Assembly (NCBI GenBank): GCA_046563655.1
Contig: CM102283.1
Location: 3,472,001 to 3,536,000 of the forward strand
DNA length: 64,000 bases
Source: Yuukianura sp. NJ FZ-2021
Taxonomy: Eukaryota
Direction: 5' to 3'
Position 1 is the first letter of the stretch. Every line of letters starts with the position of its first letter. Made by a program: the position numbers and the translations under genes. The notes under the pieces are model-generated. The model saw only the letters and a program-made list of their open reading frames with translations, did no database searches and was not told where the DNA came from. This document shows, piece after piece, positions 23,316-37,600 of the stretch.

Positions 23316-24665
23316 ACATGTAAAAACTGGCATACAGAGGGGCAGACGGACACTTTACTTAAGTAAATTAGTTTTTAGTAGTTAAAATGTGAAAGGGGTG
23401 AGCTTGGTTAGTTTGGTATAGTAGTGAATTGGAGTTAAAGTAAAGTGGAGCAGTGGCATTGGGAGTGTTTCCAGTGCTTGTTTGAAGAGAGGGTGATGAG
23501 TCAAGTGGTGGTTTAGATTATGGAAACTATCATTCCATTACACTAACTTTTAGTTCAACTTGGAAAGTAAAGTGAGAGTGCAGGACAAGTGGCAGTCAAC
23601 AGTTCTAAACACTCTTTTTTACTTGTGCAACTCAGTTTCAGTGGAAAGTGTAAACTACGTTTTGGTTTCTGTGGTTTTTTAGTATCAGTTGGCTGTAAAC
23701 GTAATTAGTCCGCTGGAACTTTTAGCATTGTAGTCACAAATCATTTACAAGTACAGTGCTCTCCAACCCACAAGGAACAAAAAAATTTACATTTTTAAAA
23801 AGTTCTTGGACGGAAACACTTTTTTTCAAACAGGTAACACAATTCACAATTCAAAATTTTGAAAGACAAGTAGCTGTGTTGTGGTGTATCACGTGGTACG
23901 CACCGCATTACATCAATTCACGCTTGCGTAGGAGTGTCAACGCGCCAAAGCTGTAGAATTCGGAATTAGTCAAGTTGGGAACTTTTGAGAAACGAGAATT
24001 TCAAATTTTGAAAGTTTGAAAAAAAAATTTTTAGCTGACGTTACATTTCGAATTGCGATTGTTACACTTGACCTTTGGCAGTACCAAAATAAACTCCTGA
24101 TCCAAGCAACAATATCCAAAATTTTCGAAACGTTTTTGAAGTTGTGACTAATATAAAAAAAATTTTTTTTGAAGTGCTGTGCACATACTTGAACCAAAAG
24201 TCGCCAGTGTGTAAACTCAAAATTTTTGAAATCAGTCAAACTGCCTGTGATAGATGACGGAACATTTCTGAAAATTCTACAATTTCTGAAATTTGTAGCC
24301 ATTTTGAGCCATGGTCATCTTTAAAATTGTTTGGTTCATGCTGGAGTAAAATAAATTGGAAAAACAGACTTGTTTTAAGGGGGGATGGGAGCCAGCGTTT
24401 GTTTACGATTTGGCGTCAGCCATTGTCATTAGTAACAAAGCAAAATCACTGCTCAAACTTGCAAAAGTCGGCACTGTTTCCAATAGTTCACAAACCAAAT
24501 TTTTTCGTAGGATAGCAATTCAAGCAACCTACGACTCAACAACAACCTTGTGCCCATGGAGACGCTTGATTTCAGTGCCGACATTTGCGAGTTGCTAAAT
24601 AATGTCAGAATTATATCTATTTTTTCTTATAAGTGTCTTACTATAATACCTAAAAATGCGTTTAA

Positions 24666-24951
24666 GGTGTCTAAAAATCCGGAAGACCATGGCGCACAAT
24701 GATCAGGGACCAATTTCCCAAATTTTGGTGTCATACAATACTTAGACAAAATTGGACTTTGTATCGTCTTTTTAGCATTGATTAGCAGCAAAATGTCAAA
24801 TTCTGGTCCCTGATAATTCTTCCACGTGAATCAACAAATTTTTAGAGTTATTATAGAAATTTCTAAGTCATTCCTGTGAGGACTTATAGGGCCTGGAAGT
24901 TTACTAATTTGAGCTGAAACGAGACCCCCCGTTGCTAGGGGATATGGGTCC
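24666..24951. mobile_element. Putative TTAA-flanked non-autonomous DNA element (Kolobok-like ends) with internal palindrome
   Basis: TTAA|GG...CC|TTAA ends, internal inverted arms ATCAGGGACCA.../...TGGTCCCTGAT (~24702-24814), and a subterminal GACCCCCCGTT motif shared with 57146-57718. Confidence 0.5.
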
Positions 24952-27621
24952 TTAAAACTTTTTTGAAAACAGATCCCTTGTTGACACTTTTTGTTTTGGA
25001 AGAGGTTGAGGTCGTTTTGTTTTTGGTGTCATTTGGACCAATTGAAGCCTAAGTGGGAAAGTGTTTAGGATCAGCCCAGCAGAAGATGAATTGGAAATGA
25101 CAGTTTTAAGGTTGCACTCCACCAGTTTCACACAAACACTAACCAAACATCATCTTTCAAAGTCCGTTTTTTGCTAAAAGTCGTTCACAATCTGGATCTC
25201 AAGGGATACACCCTCTGTTGACATGTCTAACAATGGAAATCCAATGTGTCATGTCACACAGTCGCAAGAAATATTTTCCGGAGCGAAAGGTTTTTCAGTT
25301 TTGGACAGGATGTGCATGGACGGAATTTTTGGACGAACTAATGGACGGAATTTTGTGGACGGAAGTTGGATGGACGTAATTTCCTGCAATTCACGGTAAT
25401 CCTGACCTAATTGACGTCATTAAACGAATGTCCGCCGTCCACATCTTTCCGTACACAAAAGTCTGGGAATTGCATCAACTTAAAAATTTGTACCTGAGAA
25501 TTTTAAAATTTCGATACTTTTTCACATTCAGAGCGTTAGAAGCTTATTTCAGAGTGTCAAATTTTTCTAAAAGTTCGACAATCAAAAAATTCGTATTTTT
25601 TATTCTATATTTTTATTTTATATTCGTATTCGAAGAATTTTTGCTCAAAGTCTACGTGAAAGTGAAATTTGAGCATTTTTTTTAAATGGATATGAAAATC
25701 TAATTGTTGTTGAAATGTTTAAGGCGGAGTATAACAAAACACGAAAAGTGAAAAGTGTTTTGTCTAAAACCCAATGATCTTCTATTGTTCCCTTCCAGAA
25801 TAAGTCCTTATGGGGGGACTCAAGTCCCCCCATGCACTACGTATGCTGAAAGTGTATATGTTTTATCATGAGTTCTAAAAGTTAGTGATGTATCTCATAT
25901 TTCCTATTGAAATTCAAAGTTTCAAGTTCTGGCGCTGTGATAACAACTCCATTTGGACAATATCAAAGGTTGGCGGGATTTGGAGCGGGAAATTTTGAAA
26001 TATTCAATTTATGAATCTCTTTTGTCGAGATCATATCATATGCTATGCATTTTGCTCAAGTTTTGTTTAATTTTTCTCAAAAGCGTCTGGTTTGTGTCTA
26101 CTCTCGGCTGTCAAATAATTAGTTCTCACTTTTCAGTCTCTGCGAGCCTGTTTCGAAATTTAAATTCTGTTTTTCCAAAAAATAATTTTTACTCTTGAGA
26201 AAGAGCATTTAAGAAAAGATTTCACACTAACTTAATTTTTTTCACACGTTTCTTGCTTGTTAAAAAAAACGAGATTATGGCTAATAGTTGACGGTGCAAC
26301 TATCTGAATTTAAAAATTTCCTTTTCGATAAATTTTTATGATGAAATATTACGTAATTTGTGAAGATGTTTTCCGTTGTGTTGTGGATTAATAATTGAGG
26401 AAGTATCTTTCCGTTGAACAATTAAGAATCTGAATAACAGAAATGGTTGATGGGGTTTGGCGGGAGTAAGTTTCTAAATCCTTGGAGTCTTTTGTAGAAC
26501 TTAAGTACAAAAGTACACAAAAGATGAAATGAGTAATGACAAACCCACCCTTAAGTCTCAAGATCATCAAGGACCAGAATTACTTTGAATCCACAAGAAA
26601 CAAAGCACCCTTCACCCCCTCTACTGTCAATGTTGACATTTTAATTATTATTTAACCCTCTCTTTCTACCATTAATCTCAGACTATTCTTTTAATAGGCT
26701 CCAATTTCTACGAAATCTTCATCTAATCAGTGTAAAACATCACAGCAATTGATGTTTTTAACATTTGAAACTTTGTTCCAATCAAAGAACTTCAAAAAGT
26801 TCAAATTTTATGAAAAACCGTAATAATTTAGACTGTGAACAAAGAACGGGAAATTTTGAAATGTGGAGGTCACGTGGAAGTGGAATTTGAAATTGGCGGG
26901 GTTTTGAATTTAGTTTTGCCAGAACTACAAAATGCAATTGTGAAATTGCATTTGGCAAAATGTGCTTGAAACATGGCGAAACCCATTTTTTAATACAACT
27001 ACTATGTGTTGTTCTGTTGTACTACACGATACCAATGTATATTATTGTTAAAAATAATATTCATATATATTATTCAATATCAATAAAAAGTATTTAGTAC
27101 GTAGAAGGGAAAGGAAAGAAAATGGAAATTGCACGAGTTTAGCAATCGACAGTGCAAAACGGTTTTCGGTCGTTACGAAACTACGGAATGCGAATTCCAA
27201 AAATCATTGGATTTCATTGTTGACAGAGAACAAAGAGGGATTCGCAGAACTTCTGTTGACTAATTAATCAAGTTGTTTAGTTTAACAATTAACGTCTCTC
27301 TCAATTAAGTCCAATGTTAATTGCAATTACGGCTGTGAACGATTGTCAACGGTAAGATAAACAATCTTGGGACAATTGAATTGGTCACACGCCCGGTAAG
27401 GTTGAATCGTATCGTTTAGTTTTTGATTCATTCGTTATTTCAATCGTTTTTCTTGGAAAATGGTGTGACCATGAAAGTGTGATTTGATTACGGTGATGCT
27501 GCAGCAGTAGACTGCTGGGCCAGTAGTACTGGCAGTATTTAATAGATTCTAAAGTATTTGATTGTTAATTTTCAGGGATTGAGGTTCAGCAATGAGCCTT
27601 TTGAGTTCTTAGGATCGAGAA

Positions 27622-28578
27622 ATGAGTTCAGAGGGAGTTGAGTCTTACCAACAGTACTTGTCAAGTAGTGCCAGTGACGGAACATTAGTTACAACTAGCA
27701 GTACGGAAGCGATTGGGAGCAGGAGTGGTGGTGCTAAGGACATCCTCTCCAACAATAATAACACAACGACGAACCACTTCGTCGTTCTTCCCAGGTCGGT
27801 GGATCGGAGCCTCCAAGAGTACGAAGGAGTCGGTCGAGGAGAGCCCAACTTCAGTTCTACGACGACTGCTACCCGAAGTAGCAGCGATGTGCATAATCCT
27901 CTCAGTGTAACTCCAGCCGTGTCTGCAGGAACATCCAACCAACTTCTCCACTCCCACCTCATTCACAACAATAACAATAACACAATTACCAAACTAACTA
28001 CGAATCATCTGTCAGTTAAGAACCTACGCGACGGAGTAGCTCCCTACTCCGTAGGTCAGAAGTCATCCAGTGGCCCGAGTCGTTCTCCCCAACTCCAAGT
28101 CACTACAGAAGAGCCACTACTGGGCCAAGAGAACATGTATGACAGTGTCATGGTCAGCACTCTCCATGTCAACAGTTCATCTGCCAATACTGGACCAAAC
28201 CGTGGTGGTGGTCTCCTTATCCCATCAACCAGTAATCATCTCCTGCACAACCTCCATCATTCAGTATCCTCCAAGTTAGAACCGAATGGAAACAGTGTCG
28301 ACGGACAATTGAACAACAGTAGTGGCCTGGACGGCCTGGACGGCTCCTCTGGAGACATGATGATGATCAGTTCGAATGGTGGATCTTTCGGCAGTAGTAC
28401 TGGCAGTACTAGTGGTGATAGTGTCATGATGGGACTCTTGCATGGGAACAACTTGACCTCTTCTGGTGGTCCACTGGCCCCTAGTGGCAGTGGGCATGTC
28501 ATGTCGTCGCATGGTAACGGGCTTAGTCTGTCATCCCCCGGGGGAAGCCTCGAAGACCAAGACTGTGATGAAGAAAAG
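27622..28578 (+). CDS. Probable first coding exon of a large gene; low-complexity Ser/Gly/Asn/His-rich N-terminus typical of a regulatory protein (partial)
   Basis: 957-nt GC-richer open frame preceded by acceptor TTTTCAG (~27575) and ending at a consensus donor AA|GTAAGT (28579). No recognisable domain, and no downstream exon identified in the window. Confidence 0.8.
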
Positions 28579-28623
28579 TAAGTACAAAAATTCCTTATTT
28601 CTTAGTCAATAGTACTGCCAGCA

Positions 28624-28820
28624 TCAAGCATACTTCTGAGTTGGAAAAAACGTTACAAAAACGTTTTTCTGCTAAAAACTTTCAAATAACTGAAACGTAA
28701 GTAAACTTTGAAAACGTTTTTGGGTTCAACCATTAGAAATGTGATAGAATTTGGCAAAATCGCTTGTAACCCAAAAACGTTCCAGAAACGTTTTTGAGTA
28801 AAAACGTTTGATGTGCTTGA
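28624..28820. mobile_element. Degenerate fold-back/MITE-like element
   Basis: Outer inverted TCAAGCA(T)A / TGTGCTTGA, inner inverted AACGTTTTTGGGTT / AACCCAAAAACGTT, and repeated AAAACGTT. Confidence 0.5.
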
Positions 28821-31800
28821 CTTTGCTGTTGTTTGACCTGGGCACTTCGTTTTTTTGGTGAAAAGTGAAAGTCAGAAGACCGGAAAGTAAAAATCTGGTG
28901 GCGTAGTTGGTTCTGGTGGAGTCAATTTACTTTAAAGCTCCACTTTTTGTTTGCTTTTCTCCATCCCTCATCTTTTGATCTGCACAGAGGAGAAAGCAAA
29001 TGGAGGCTCAAAAGATGTTTTCCATTTACATAACATTAGTGAATTTCGTTTTTACTCAGATATGCACTGCTTTCCGCTCCGTTTTCTTTTTCAACTTTTA
29101 GTTTTAGGTATGATGGCGTTACAACAACCAATTAACGTGGTTAAGTATGGTGGTTAATGGCATTTAAGTTTTTAGGAAAGAGAGAGATGAGATTCAAGAT
29201 TGAGATGTGAAACGGCGGTTTTAAACCCCAAGTGCCACTAAAACATGCTTCACATTTCACAAAAAAAATTTCTTTGAAGAATTTAGACATAAAGGGAAGC
29301 TTGAGTGCTAAGAGCGTTTTGGAAAAAAAATTGTCTGGAAGATATTTTGGAAACACAAAAACGCTTCTGCATTAAAACGTTTAAAATTTTCTTCAGCTGT
29401 GAAGTTGCTAAATTTTGAAAATTATTTAATAATATATTTGGTGGGTTAGTGAAAGGCATGTTTTTAGTGAAAACCTTAGCTTTTAGTTTATGGTTCTCGA
29501 CATGTTGAGGAAGAGAGTAGCACATGGAAGTGAAAGTTGGACTGGAGAAAGTGCACAAACTAATTTCTAATTTGTATTCTCCTAATGAAAAAAAATGATT
29601 GATGCGACTTTTTTTCTTACTAGAAATTACAAAATTAGGAGAAACTAGAAAATTAGAGGAAAAGAAAATTTACTCACTGTATTATTTCTCGCTTTTTTTT
29701 CACCACAACATTTTAGTCCACTTTTCTTTTCCAGTTTTATCTGGAGATCATTTATGTGCTTTCAGTTTAAATTCAGACTGAAAGAAAGTTAATATGTTAT
29801 AATAAATTATTTATTATAATATATTAATATAATAATGACGTGGTTGTGATTTTTTGAGAAGCTAATTAACTTAATGGACTACTTTTCCGTTTCTGTTCGA
29901 TTCAATCAAAAGTTGGATCATTTAAAAAACCGACTTTTTGTCTATCGATTTTTTTCTGTTTCTTGCGGTGGCTTGAGGTTAGGTTATGTTAGCTAACCAA
30001 TTTTTAGAGCATAAAAAATTGAAAAGTGAAAGTAAAGACCAATTTGTTCTTGGTTTTGAAAAGTAGCTTTTTATATTTGCTTTTCTTATTTCCATTTTGT
30101 CTACTTTCTTCCTCTTTTTCAGTGTATTTTGAGAGAGACACTTTTGAGGTGGACATTTCTTCTGTTTTGTATCTTGTTTTTTTCCTCTCTTTTATGGGGA
30201 AAGCATAGAGTTAGAGTTATAATTGGATCGATAGGCTTCGAGGCTTTTGGCTAATGGGAAATTCAAACCACTACTCTCCAAAAAACCATCATTCTATCAC
30301 CACTACTTTCTCCAAAACCATAAACCTAACTAAACTAACCTAATACATAGCCTAACTAACCTAACTTCAAGTCTAAAACATAACATAACTAATCTATCTT
30401 TCAGCAAACTTGTTCCGGTTATAAGAGCAAAGAGAGTCGAAAAGAATTTTGGTTCAGAAATCATGATGTGTTCAAAACTAACGATAAGTTCATTTTTTTC
30501 ACAATTTGAAAAGAAAAAGAAACGCAAACAGGCTGAAAAGCACAGCAAATGACCAAGGAAGCGGAACATAGTTTTGGCTTTGCTTTTGGAATTTCTTGCT
30601 TGTGGGAAAATTTAATGAGCTCCTCAAGAGGCTTGAAAGATTTTGAAAAAGTTTTTCGACTTTTGTATTTTCAGAAGTTTTTTTCTGTAACGTTTTTTGG
30701 AAAGTAGGAAAGTGAAAGCCAAAGTGAAAGCAGGAAATTACTGTTTTCTATTGTTATTGCAAAACGTATTAGATTTCATGGGGGAAGTGGTCGTGCCATG
30801 TCAAAACCTCATCTTGCTCCATTTTCGTTTTTTTTTAGAAAAGTGGAACGTTTTTGAAGAACTTTTTTTAAAGAGATCTTTTAGCTGTTGCGCTTCACTC
30901 GAAACGTTTATGAGAATTTGAAAGTGGAAGTGTGCAGATTTTAAGTTTAAAAACGGCAATGTTAATGTACAGAGTGATTTTTTTTAAAGTGGCGCTGAGA
31001 CGACTGGAGTCATTTACTGTTTCTCCTTGCAGGTTTTTTTTGAAACTTGGAAGCACTTTTTCAAAAGTTGCAGAAAGCGGAGCAAATGGGGTTCGGAGTA
31101 AATGAGGAGTTTGTGAGCTTATGTGTGTCAATTTTAGAATTTGTGGCACTGACACATACTTACACTACGCCTTCTTTTGTCTCATCATTCCTTTTGTTTT
31201 CTGGAAGGGAACGGAAATTTTGTGACTTGACTCAAACTGTGACTACAGTAAAAGTTAGTCACCTAAGCGCAAGAGCCAAAAAAGTTTGTGCAAAAGACTA
31301 AGTTGAGAATTTGAAATAATTAATCAATGTCTCTGAAATGGAATTTGTTTTTTCCAAGTCCTCAAAGATGTTCTTTTGGCGGCAGGTTCAGTTTTCGGTT
31401 TCAGAAGTTACTAAAACAAGACGCGTGTAACAAAGAAAGTTAGACGCTAAAAAGTCATTTGTCTTTTTTCTTCTGTTTTCTGCCCACTGTGCACAAATTG
31501 TGCTTAAAAAGTGTATGTGACCTGACCGGAACTTCAAATTTCCCGCCATCATTGTTTTTTTCCCCACTTTTTTGGGTGCAAAAGAGGAAAAAATGGGAAA
31601 AGTTGTAATTTTTGGCACGTTTGTGTTTATTGCAAATTGGAATTTGCACTAAAAATTTTGCACGGTTCGAAAATAATTAGGAAAAGTTGCCCTTACGATT
31701 TTTATTTTTATGGTTAGTGCTGTTTTCATTATTAGAATTTTTACTTTCTAAAGTTAGGTGCAAGAGTCTAATAAATTTAGAGGCGGAGAGGAGGAACATT

Positions 31801-34476
31801 TTAATTCATCCAGAAAATTAAACTATGCAAAGTTCTCTTATGAGATTTTTCATTTTTTGAAAAAAGCGGAGCTCCTAGCACTTTTTCAGTGTGAAGCTTT
31901 TAGGTTGAAAGTAAAAGAGAAAGGAAAAGTTATTAAAATTTCCATACTAATTTTCCGCGTGCTGTAAACACCAGAGAGATTGAAGTGTTGGTCTTACCCG
32001 AGGCTTTTTGAGGAAAAAAAATGAAATGTGAAAATTTTTCAAATATTGCCGGAAGAAAGTGGAAGAAATGAAAAATTTTCAAAATTTGGTGGGAAAAGTG
32101 GACGAAATGAAAAGTTTAAATTTTGGGCGGTTGAAGAACGAATCAATGAAAATTGCAAGTTTATAGCGTAAGAAGAGTTTTCTAAAATCGGCACGCTTGG
32201 ACATGCTGAATTTGCAAAACTTTTCGTTTTATGATTTTTTTCCCACTTTTTTTTTGAAAAAGTAAATGGCAGTGAACTTAAAGTGGTGCATGTTAATGAC
32301 GTTTGACTTGATTAAGAATTCCATTCTTATTCTACTTTTCTGTTTTAGTTCTATTTTTGGCATGCAGTTCCTTCATAGTAGTAGCGGAAAATTTGAATTT
32401 TTTTTTTCGTTTTTGAAAAAGAGTCATGTGACCTCTTCTGCAACCTAGCTTTTAAAAATTTCAAAGAAAAACATGAGCGTTTTGGGAGAGGAAAAATTTG
32501 TGACTAAATGAGGGTGTGGCTGGTGTTGCTGTTCATAAACTTCGTTTTGACGAGGATGCTTTCATAATTTCTTTTTACAACTTTGGAAAAGTTTACGAAA
32601 AAATTTGGTTTATTAGTTTCACTAAATTTTTCGAAACTAACTTTTTTTACGGCAGGAAATTTGTTGAAGTGTTCCGTTGAATGTAAAGACTTAGGAAACT
32701 AATTGAGTAGGACAACAATTACTTGCTAAGAAAATCAGGTGTGGACGTGCTTCAAATTTGTAACGAATTTCGATTTGCGCCTAAGGTTGGCTTTGCTTTA
32801 GGATTTTCCTTAAAAAGTCACGTGGCCTCTCCACTTTTACTTACTTTTCCACTTTCTCCAAAATTAGGTTAGGCCAAATCAGTTTCCAAAAAGTTAGGCG
32901 TCATTTTCCTTTTCCTAAAAGCTAACTTTAAGAAAGTTCAAATTCCAAATTTTCGAAATTTTTCTCACATTCTGCACTTTCTCTCAAACTCTGAAATTTG
33001 TCTAAAGTTTTAGTTTTTTTTTTGTGTTTTTTGTTTGGAGTGAGAGATTTTTTAATTCATTGAAACAGTTTTTGGAACCTGAATTTTGAAACATGTAGAA
33101 CTTGATAGGCCATTTTAAAAATTGTGCCACTGTGTAGGATTTATGTTGTCTATTTTTTTAAATTCTGTGCAGTTTGTGTGTTGGTTTTGATAAATTTGTT
33201 GTTTTGAAGCATGTTTTAAAAAAGTTGACAAGAAGACAAATAAAAACCATCGGCACTCATTCCCTCTCCGTTCGGCCACATTAACTCTTGTGTCTGAAAA
33301 TGTTTTGACTTCCACAAGTCACAAAACATTACAAAATTTCAAAACTCAACAGCAGCCTTTCTACTCCGTATAACTTTTCTTGTAACAACTTCGCATGACT
33401 TTTTTAACTTGTACATATATAAATACGCCTGTTTCTGTCACGGGAGAGTATGGAGGCTAAATCGGGATGCTGAGAAACAGGGTCGCAGCTTCTATCGTTC
33501 TTGTTGTCTAAGTTCTAAAAAGTTTTTGTAACAAGATTTAGAAAGTGGAAGTACATAGAGATTGGGATATTTCTCGGTCTCACTCCTTCGATCTAAGGAG
33601 TCATTCATGATCCCGATTTCATCTTCATTTTTTTTAGTGCTACTAGCACTTTGTGTATGTGCAAAAAACATGCATAAAAACATACATGCATAAAAAACAT
33701 GCATGCAAAAAATGTGGTGATTCAGTTTTTTTACGACGCTGATTCATATGCGACCGGAGTTGGAAGATGTGCAGGTTCATGCCAAAAACCAAAACAAAAA
33801 AAAGTTTTGGCCAGTATCATACGAAAGTAACTCGTAAATGATTTTCTTGGCCATACGTTTAAGTGGACATATTGGAATTTGAATTCAAAATTTTGAAAAA
33901 ATCGAAACCAAATTTTTCGTTTAGAAATGTATTTTTGTGAAAGAGGAAATAATGGGAAGGGAAAAAGCGATCATTCACAACAATAAAACTTAGGAGTCGG
34001 CCTTGGCTATTTTGAAAAATAAATTTTGAAAAAGTTGATTGGCGTTTTAGTTTTGTGAAAACTGTTAAATGAGTTGTAATTGGCACTGAATGCAGGTTGA
34101 GAGCGACGTTCATTTTTGGCATTTGGAATTTTGAAAATATTGTTGAATGTTTTCTTTCTTTCGTCGGTTTGACAGGAACTTATTATTAAGTTCATAATTT
34201 CTTTAAAATGTCATTATTGTAAGATTGTAATTATTATAAAATATAATTACTTTAAATTGTAATTATTGTAAGATTGTAATTGTACTTAGAAGTGGAATTG
34301 TTTGTGTGTTTTGGAATGAAAGTGGGATTTGAGAAGACATACAGGAGGAAGTCTGTTTCGAAATCCAGCAGGATTAGACAACATCTCCTCCGACTTGAGT
34401 TTTGTACCAGACAAAAGGACTTTCTTGACGATCGACTTTCTATTGTCATGTAAACTACATTGTTTTACCCCAAGTA

Positions 34477-34610
34477 CCGTAAAACTTCAAATAGTGGCCT
34501 AAACCAAAAGTTAGTTTAGTTATAAGACCGACCTTCGACAAGGTTCAGCTTTTACCGATTCTGAGACAAAATCTAAAATTCAATGTTGGTTTCTATTTGG
34601 AAGTTTACGG
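34477..34610. mobile_element. Tc1/mariner(pogo)-type MITE
   Basis: TA|CCGTAAAACTTCAAATAG ... CTATTTGGAAGTTTACGG|TA; same terminus as 59617-59732. Confidence 0.75.
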
Positions 34611-37600
34611 TAAAGTTCCAAATGAGCTGGAGCTATTTCCTTTTGTGTTGGCTCAACTTTCACCAAAGTTTGGTTGAAGTTTTGTTTTAGACGGAAGGAA
34701 GGCGGGAATAATAGAATTGAGTTAAAATAGGAAATTCAAAGGAATGGGTGTTGGATTTGTGGCTTTGACTTTTGTTTTCCTGTGGAAATGGATTCATGTA
34801 TTATCCTATTATTTGCATTAGTGTTTTAAGTACACAAAATATTTCAAAATTTTGAAATTTCAGGAAAAGGTGACACTCCTCGTTCATTTACTTTCTCTTT
34901 CGTAACGTGTAATTAAGATGAGGGGCTACTATTACTCAGAACGAGGGAAACTTTGAATTTATTCCAATAATTTTGGTTTGGGGTCTTAAAATAGGAAAAG
35001 TGGAAAACGGAAAATTTTACTAAAATCCAGTTTTTCATAATTTTGCGTTTTGAGTTTTTGAAATAGCAGCGATATAAAGTTATTATAAGAAAGTGAGGGA
35101 AAGTCGATGCGGTAAATAATTGCTTAGGAATGGCATATTTATTCAAAGTGTTTGATGTTACTACGTTCCAAAAAGTAGAAAATGTCGATGTTTTTAATTA
35201 CACCGAAGCATTTGGATATTAGGAACGGCCAGTATTGGAAGAATTAATTATAGGGGACTTGGAAATCGATTCACAAAACAAGAAACTCGAAAAATCGAAA
35301 CTAAATAAAACAGAAAAATCGAAAGTGAAACATGGGGAAAGCGGAGACCAAAACAAGAAAATGGAAAAAATCGAAAACAGGAAATCGAAGGTACAGGAGT
35401 AGCGAAAGGAGGAAAAAGTGAAAATGCAAAAACTAAAGTTGAAAAATCGAAAGTAAAGAAGGTTAGCGGAAAGAGAAAATAGAAAAGCATACTTGATTTC
35501 GATTTTTTTAAAGTTGGATTTTTTGTTGAAAAGTGTGAGTAGGAAGTTGATTGATTTTATTTGGGAGGACAGTGAGGTAGAGGAAGACGGAGGAGACAAG
35601 TGGGAGCTTATTTTCTTAATCCGCACTTTCTCTGCTTTCTCTCGTTGGGAGTGAAGTCTGTTCATAATAAATGAAGAGAGAAGGGGGGAAGATGGTTCCA
35701 TTTGAAAGATTGAGTGAAAAAGCATGTTCCACTGTCTCTGTCTCTTTCATCTTCTTAATCGACATGTCAACTGAGGTAGGGAATCCGTCATTTAGGAGTA
35801 CCTGCCACTATGGGGCCAAATGAGACTTTTAAGGTGTGTTGGAAGGCTGACAGATGAGGAGTTCTAGGAAAAATGAAGTTGACACTTCTAATTAAACTGA
35901 CGAAAGAATAAGGTTTTCCTTAACCACTTTCCATTTGGGAGAGTGACAGTCATGGAGTGGATGATGCTGGAAGTGAAAACGTCACTCCAAAATACATTCA
36001 AAAGTTTACACAAATTCACTCAAAAATTCTTCCAAAAATTCGCTCAAAGATTTTCTCAAAATTTCGTTCAAAGATTTTCTCAAAATTTACTAAACTGACG
36101 ATTTTTTGGTCGGAGGTGAAACGCCGATCGGAAGTTTTTCTTGGATTGTTGTGTTTCTGATTTTATAGGATTGAAAAATCATGAATTTCATTAGATTTTG
36201 AAAAATCGAGGTAGAGTTTTTGTGATTTTCAGGAGATTTTCACCCACCCTGGAAAGTGGTTGACGTATTTTGTGGACATTTCTTGCGTGTAGATTTTTGT
36301 GTGGAGTGGTAGTGGGAATGGTGACAAGAAAATCCTGATTTTCTGGTTGAAGTTAGATAAGAGTTTGTGGCTATCAGTGTGGTCGACCAGAAAACAATGG
36401 AAGGGGGTGGCGGATTTCCTGTTCTGCGGTGGTTAGCTTCACTATACCGGGAATTACAAAAAAAAAAGAAATTCGAAAAAAAAATTTCGAAAAGTTTTCC
36501 TATTTTGTTGCGATACGAAGTTTGGGGTTGGTTTGATTTTGAGAGTCTTTTTCCTGTTCCTGTCAAAATGGTTTCCAAAGATAAATTTGTGTTCAGAAAA
36601 AAATGAAAACATTTTCTTCCATTTTTTTCTCATGTTTTCCCATTATGGTATTCCAGGATGTAATGTAAAGTCAAAAGCCAAAAGTCAAGTCACTGTCAAA
36701 GGTCACGGGTCAATCGGAGGTCAAAGGTCAATGACCTTGTCAGAGTTTATGGAAACATGTTTGATGTTTTGCTGTTTGGCGGGTTTGTCAGAGCGGGAAA
36801 GTAATGAATTTGATTTTCCGTTTTGTCCTGACGTTTGCTTTGAACATGTCAGCTGTCATTGTTTGAATTTTGAAAAAAAGAGAAAGCGGGAGGAATTTTG
36901 AAAAGAGTGGATTTGAATTTTGGATGAAAGGGAATTAATTGCAGTGGTTGTGTGTGTCCCAAGAGGGTTGTGGACTCTGTTCTGGACTTGACGTGATGGA
37001 TTAGAGTTGGGCATTATTGTTGTGTCTGAAGTTTAGAGGCAATAAGACTAAAATACGACCATAAGTACTGCATTCCCACTGCCCATCTCTCTCTGTCTCT
37101 CCAGAGCAAACACACTTTCTCTTTTTATATGTTAAAACATAGGTTTAAGTTAGGTTCCTATCAAAGTCCTTTGGAAATGGAAAAGGCGAGTGGCAGAATT
37201 TGATTATAAGGACAAAGTGCCTTTGTGTGGGCTTTGTTTGCATAGTTGGTCGGTGGTCAGCTTACGGTGCTTTCACTTTCCCACTGGACAAACGACCAGG
37301 GAATTTCCAATTTCGGTTTTTGTTGCAACGTCAAATGGCGAAAGAGAGAGAGAAATGGTCCAACGCCTTCAAAAACCACACTAAAACATGCACTTCTCCA
37401 CCTTTTGTGCTAAAATTTTAAAAGCTTTTTCAAAAACACCAATTTAGTGAGATCAAAGAATCATGGTTTGAGCTGTAGAATGTAAAAATTTTAACAAAAA
37501 ACATAACAAGAATTAAATTCTCAAATTCTAAAATTGAGACGGAAAAAAGGAACATTTCTAGCAATTTAAACTTTGAGGCATTTCGGTGTTGTTTTTAATT

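Noticed and set aside
35219-35725. 168-aa Phe/Ser-rich minus-strand ORF
   Set aside because: Produced by a degenerate AATCGAAA purine-rich repeat.
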